A stretch of DNA of 64,000 nucleotides, from assembly GCA_963727805.1 (NCBI GenBank), contig CAVSHF010000003.1:64001-128000 (forward strand), given 5' to 3'. The notes under the pieces are model-generated. The model ran no database searches. It was not told the DNA's origin and saw only the letters and a program-made list of their open reading frames with translations. The position numbers were made by a program, and so were the translations under genes. This DNA is from an uncultured Nitrospiraceae bacterium. Lineage in GTDB: Bacteria; Nitrospirota; Thermodesulfovibrionia; Thermodesulfovibrionales; Dissulfurispiraceae. This document shows positions 60,327 through 64,000 of this stretch, piece by piece. Numbering within the stretch: position 1 is the first letter of the stretch; every line of letters begins with the position of its first letter.

Positions 60327-60550
60327 GTGTCGGGCGATCTCTCGATCATAAGTGGAACGTCACAGTGGAAGGTCCTCGATGTCACCTCCTACCCAAGAAT
60401 GCTGCCGGTATCGGGAATTTGGAGAGATCCGCAAACATGTTGCGAAAGAACAGCAGATAAAACAGGCATGCTGTATTCCCTTGGCCTTGTTAATGACCCT
60501 CAAGTCCGCCCTGTGCTTGCTTTTAGGAGCAATGCGCCAGTATGGCGAAA
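60327..60550 (+). pseudogene. Possible GFA-family (formaldehyde-activating) relic
   Basis: SLGLVNDPQVRPV...SNAPVW resembles the GFA C-terminus; frameshifted. Confidence 0.35.
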
Positions 60551-60710
60551 GCTCAAATTGTTAAAACGACTCTTTGCCCGCCCGTAGGCGGGCAAGCGGC
60601 AAGCTATGTATGATTGCATGAACTAAGAAATTCACCGATGAAGAGATAGAAGAACTTTGAGGTCCAAGGCCAGGTCGCGTGAGCGCGACCGGCTAGGACA
60701 GGGATAGTAA

Positions 60711-60959
60711 CTACTTTTTTGACTTTTTAATCGGTTTTGCCTTTTCGGCCGGGAGGAACTCCATGATAGAAATTTTGAAAGCTTTTGATATTTGCTCCAG
60801 CCTTTCAACGCTAATACTGCCCGAGGCCTTCTCGTATTTCTGTATTTGCTGATACGAAACGCCGACTAATGCTGCAAGACGCATTTGCGACATACTCCGA
60901 TCCTTCCGTAGCTCACGAATTCTTTCGCCGATTATTGCATTGATTGATTTTCTCGCCAT
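60711..60959 (-). CDS. XRE-family HTH transcriptional regulator
   Basis: IGERIRELR..RSMSQ..LA..VGVSYQQIQKYE; GGGGG RBS. Confidence 0.88.
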   Translation of the reverse strand: MARKSINAIIGERIRELRKDRSMSQMRLAALVGVSYQQIQKYEKASGSISVERLEQISKAFKISIMEFLPAEKAKPIKKSKK

Positions 60960-61211
60960 GTAGCCCCCCCTTGGAAAATAGAATAATTCGATATAGAATA
61001 CCATAATGGCATCAACACCGAGCAATATCCGTTAATAGTGTCTCAATCGGGCTTGCAACATGGTAGCTTCTCAACGACCCTAATCCCATAACGTATATAT
61101 CGCTACAATCTGAAAACATGCCGACAACAGAAAATATATTTGTAGAGTATATTCCCTCGCAATAACCGTTGGCAACATAAAATCATCGCTATCTTTAGCA
61201 TAGGAACTAGC

Positions 61212-61263
61212 AAAAAAAGGAAGTAGTATTTACCGACTGGTTAAGTCGGTAGATACTACTTCC
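61212..61263 (-). terminator. Rho-independent terminator with a long stem
   Basis: 20-bp inverted repeat GGAAGTAGTATTTACCGACT / AGTCGGTAGATACTACTTCC followed by T7 on the minus strand. Confidence 0.75.
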
Positions 61264-61462
61264 ATGACTCTGAAAAGCATCCCAATTCGTGATCGCTTTA
61301 ACTACGATGTTCAAGGTCACTGCGGTTACAGTTCTTTTCCCGTCAGAACCTCTGCGATCTAAGTCATTGCACCCTTAGGGGTCGTGCTACCCAAACATCC
61401 AGAACCTTCAGAAGCAGTGAGCTGGGAATCATCAAACTAAGCGTTCCCTTTTTGTCCGTTTA

Positions 61463-62002
61463 TTACCGGCCTCTTTGTTCATCTCGTCCTTCGTGGCCCT
61501 CACCATGCCCCCCGCGCTCATGTTCGCCTTGTTCTTCGCGCTTAAGCTCGCCATGACCTTCGCGGCCTTGCTCACCTCGCTTGTCCCAATGCTTTTCTTT
61601 CTCCCATTTTTTCCAGTTCTTTTGTACGTCTCCGTAGTGTATCCGTTCATGTCCAGGCGATAGACGATGCCGATAGTCCTGTGGCAATGCTCTCAATCCA
61701 CTTGGAATACTCCTCGACTCTATGTTACGCCACGGCCCTTTATAGTCCTTCGATCTGTACCAGTGCCCTTCATAAGGACGCCACCAGTAGCCTTGGAAAA
61801 ACAAAACGTCCGTATCAATGTCCGGAACCATATAAACGTATGTTCCAGGTATCACAACCACGTCAGGCGGAGCAGCAAACTGGATGGCGGGCAGAGTGAT
61901 ATTCACATTTACCCCTGCCTCACTTTGGGTTGCAGCTGCTGTTAGGACTAATAGCACTGCACCAATAACCAATAAACACGACATTCTAATTTTACTTGTC
62001 AT
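61463..62002 (-). CDS. Exported hypothetical protein (Trp/Tyr-rich repeats, Gly/His/Glu-rich tail)
   Basis: Signal peptide; PPDVVVIPGTYVY...FFQGYWWRPYEGHWYRS. Confidence 0.8.
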   Translation of the reverse strand: MTSKIRMSCLLVIGAVLLVLTAAATQSEAGVNVNITLPAIQFAAPPDVVVIPGTYVYMVPDIDTDVLFFQGYWWRPYEGHWYRSKDYKGPWRNIESRSIPSGLRALPQDYRHRLSPGHERIHYGDVQKNWKKWEKEKHWDKRGEQGREGHGELKREEQGEHERGGHGEGHEGRDEQRGR

Positions 62003-62080
62003 TTTTCTCTCCTGGCTATAAATGTTTATACTCTTCTTGACCCCTTTCTCATCAAAAGGCCTCCTAGTCCTTCGCTCTAT

Positions 62081-63547
62081 CTAATCAGTGGTCGACCGAT
62101 GGTCTGAAGGCATGGATTCCCAACCGCCGCCCAGTGTCTTGTAGAGTGTGATTAGATCAATTGTGACATTGCGCTCACTTTGAACTAACGCGTCTTCAGA
62201 GGCGTAAAGCGAACGCTGAGCATTGAGAACATTTAAAAAATCAATCTGCCCCTCGGTGTAAAGCTGTAAGGATAAGTCCACAGCCTTTCGGTTGGCAATC
62301 ACAGCATCATTGAGCGCCTTGCGGTGCTCCTGCTCATTCTTAAATGCAATCAAAGCATTCTCGACATCCTGAAATGCTGCTAGGACTGTCTTCTGGTACG
62401 TGATAAATGCCTGGTCACGTATCGCCTCCTGCAAACGCACGTTAGATATAACAGCCCCGCCCTGAAGAAGCAGCCAATTTACCGACGGACCGAAAGAGAA
62501 CGAGCGGCCGGCATCGGACCACCAGGTGCGAAGCAGATTACTATGCCAGTCAACCGTGCCAGTCAGCGAAAAAGACGGAAAAAGCTGTGCTACGGCTACA
62601 CCAATCTGTGCAGTAGCGGCGTGGAGCTGCGCCTCGGACTCGCGGATGTCAGGCCGACGGCGCAACAGTTCCGACGGCAAACCGACAGGGATTTTAGCAG
62701 GCACCATGGGAAGGCTGGCTGCAGGTGATAATTTCTCGAGCAAAGCCGCAGGCGGCTGTGCCAACAGCACACTCAGAGCATAAATAGATTGCTGTGCAGC
62801 CGTTTCAAAGACCGGTATCTGAGATTCTGTCATAGCAACATCAGAGTCTGCGTTGGCAGTATCGAGTGCGCTAGCGAAACCAACGTCCAGCCGTTTATGT
62901 GTAATGTCGGCAGTATGTCGTTGGGATTTAAGATTGTTTTGCGCGATCACAATCTCCTGCTGATAACCGCGGAGCTGGACGTAATTAAGCGCCACTTCAG
63001 CAATGAGGCTGATCTGGACGTCCCGTATGTTCTCGATTGCCGCCTGAACATTGGCTTGGGCCGATTCGACACTGCGACGTATGCCGCCGAACAGGTCAAG
63101 TTCCCACACAGCATCCAACCCGGCCTGATAAAGATCTTGTTGTAGATTATCGGGCACAGTCCCTGCTGCATGCATTCGCTGGTAACTGCCTGATGCTGCA
63201 ACAGACGGCCACAGGCCCCCAATAGTTATGCCACGCGTGGCACGAGCCTGGCGCAAGCGTACCACAGCAATCTGCAAGTCGAGGTTAGTCTTAACCGCTT
63301 CCTCAACCAGTTCATTCAATATGGGATCGTTGATCTGCCTCCACCACTGAGTAATGTCAGCGGGTTGTGCAGTGGCTACAGACGGTTGAGCTGTGGGAAT
63401 CGTTGACACCCCGGCCCATGCAGAGGGGCCCACAGTTGGCTGCGGGCGGTGGTATTCCGGCCCGACTATGCATCCACCGATCATCACCGCGGCCAAACCG
63501 GCGACAATCAAGATTGCAACAGAATGCCATTGTTTATCCACACTCAT
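62081..63547 (-). CDS. Efflux outer-membrane lipoprotein (NodT/OprM family)
   Basis: Lipobox GGCIVGP; WELDLFG; PSELLRRRPDI; LYKTLGGGW. Confidence 0.95.
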   Translation of the reverse strand: MSVDKQWHSVAILIVAGLAAVMIGGCIVGPEYHRPQPTVGPSAWAGVSTIPTAQPSVATAQPADITQWWRQINDPILNELVEEAVKTNLDLQIAVVRLRQARATRGITIGGLWPSVAASGSYQRMHAAGTVPDNLQQDLYQAGLDAVWELDLFGGIRRSVESAQANVQAAIENIRDVQISLIAEVALNYVQLRGYQQEIVIAQNNLKSQRHTADITHKRLDVGFASALDTANADSDVAMTESQIPVFETAAQQSIYALSVLLAQPPAALLEKLSPAASLPMVPAKIPVGLPSELLRRRPDIRESEAQLHAATAQIGVAVAQLFPSFSLTGTVDWHSNLLRTWWSDAGRSFSFGPSVNWLLLQGGAVISNVRLQEAIRDQAFITYQKTVLAAFQDVENALIAFKNEQEHRKALNDAVIANRKAVDLSLQLYTEGQIDFLNVLNAQRSLYASEDALVQSERNVTIDLITLYKTLGGGWESMPSDHRSTTD

Positions 63548-63556
63548 CCTTGCGCC

Positions 63557-64000
63557 TCACTCATACCTAAGAGCATCGATAGGATCAAGCCGAGAAGCTT
63601 TCCATGCCGGATAGAAACCAAATATGACCCCTACGCTGGCCGACACGACTACTGAAACCACGATAGCACCAACCGAAGCTGCTGTCGGCCAATGCAGCAC
63701 CGACGTTACGATATACGAAGCGCTGCGTCCCAGTATTATACCCATAGTGCCACCTATGAGACACAGAACTACAGCCTCTGTTAAAAACTGCCGCAGAATG
63801 TCGGACGGCGCCGCACCAACAGCCATGCGCAAGCCAATCTCGCGTGTTCGTTCAGTGACTGAAACGAGCATGATGTTCATGATGCCGATACCGCCCACAA
63901 CGAGAGATATCATTGCAACGCATAATAGAAGTTTGGTTATCAACTCCGTCGTCGAACTCATCGCCTTGGTAATCTCAGTCATGTCGCGTATGTTGAAATC
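63557..64000 (-). CDS. MacB-like ABC transporter permease, C-terminal part (5' end outside the window)
   Basis: [46 protein letters not shown]. Confidence 0.95.
   Translation of the reverse strand, partial: DFNIRDMTEITKAMSSTTELITKLLLCVAMISLVVGGIGIMNIMLVSVTERTREIGLRMAVGAAPSDILRQFLTEAVVLCLIGGTMGIILGRSASYIVTSVLHWPTAASVGAIVVSVVVSASVGVIFGFYPAWKASRLDPIDALRYE

Noticed and set aside
60574..60690. Two GC-rich hairpins as an ncRNA
   Set aside because: Most simply terminator-like stems between convergent genes; no other support

Overview
A 64 kb accessory-rich chromosomal segment from an anaerobic Gram-negative bacterium. The gene content suggests Nitrospirota or Desulfobacterota (inference). There are no rRNA genes, intact tRNA genes or CRISPR arrays. 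Mobile DNA: the right part of an IS21, two near-identical inverted IS3 copies each with its own 3-bp target duplication, an ISNCY-type element, an IS1380 with a TTAG duplication, and relics of IS4 and IS200/IS605. Main signals: (1) an arsR-acr3-arsC-hgcA-hgcB locus, where the mercury-methylation gene hgcA is complete only if an in-frame TGA followed by a SECIS-like hairpin is read as selenocysteine; (2) an uncalled 71-aa glutaredoxin-like UXX-star protein with two in-frame TGA codons, each followed by a SECIS-like hairpin; (3) two direct copies, 6241 bp apart, of a ~190-bp att-like junction (11-bp-period arm repeats plus the 3' half of tRNA-Glu) bracketing an integrase-free cassette of multiheme cytochrome genes, followed by a decayed integrase and a metal(loid) gene block; (4) a TunR-type recombinase-fold/TOBE regulator divergent from a TauE permease. 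Many gene relics lie between the intact genes.
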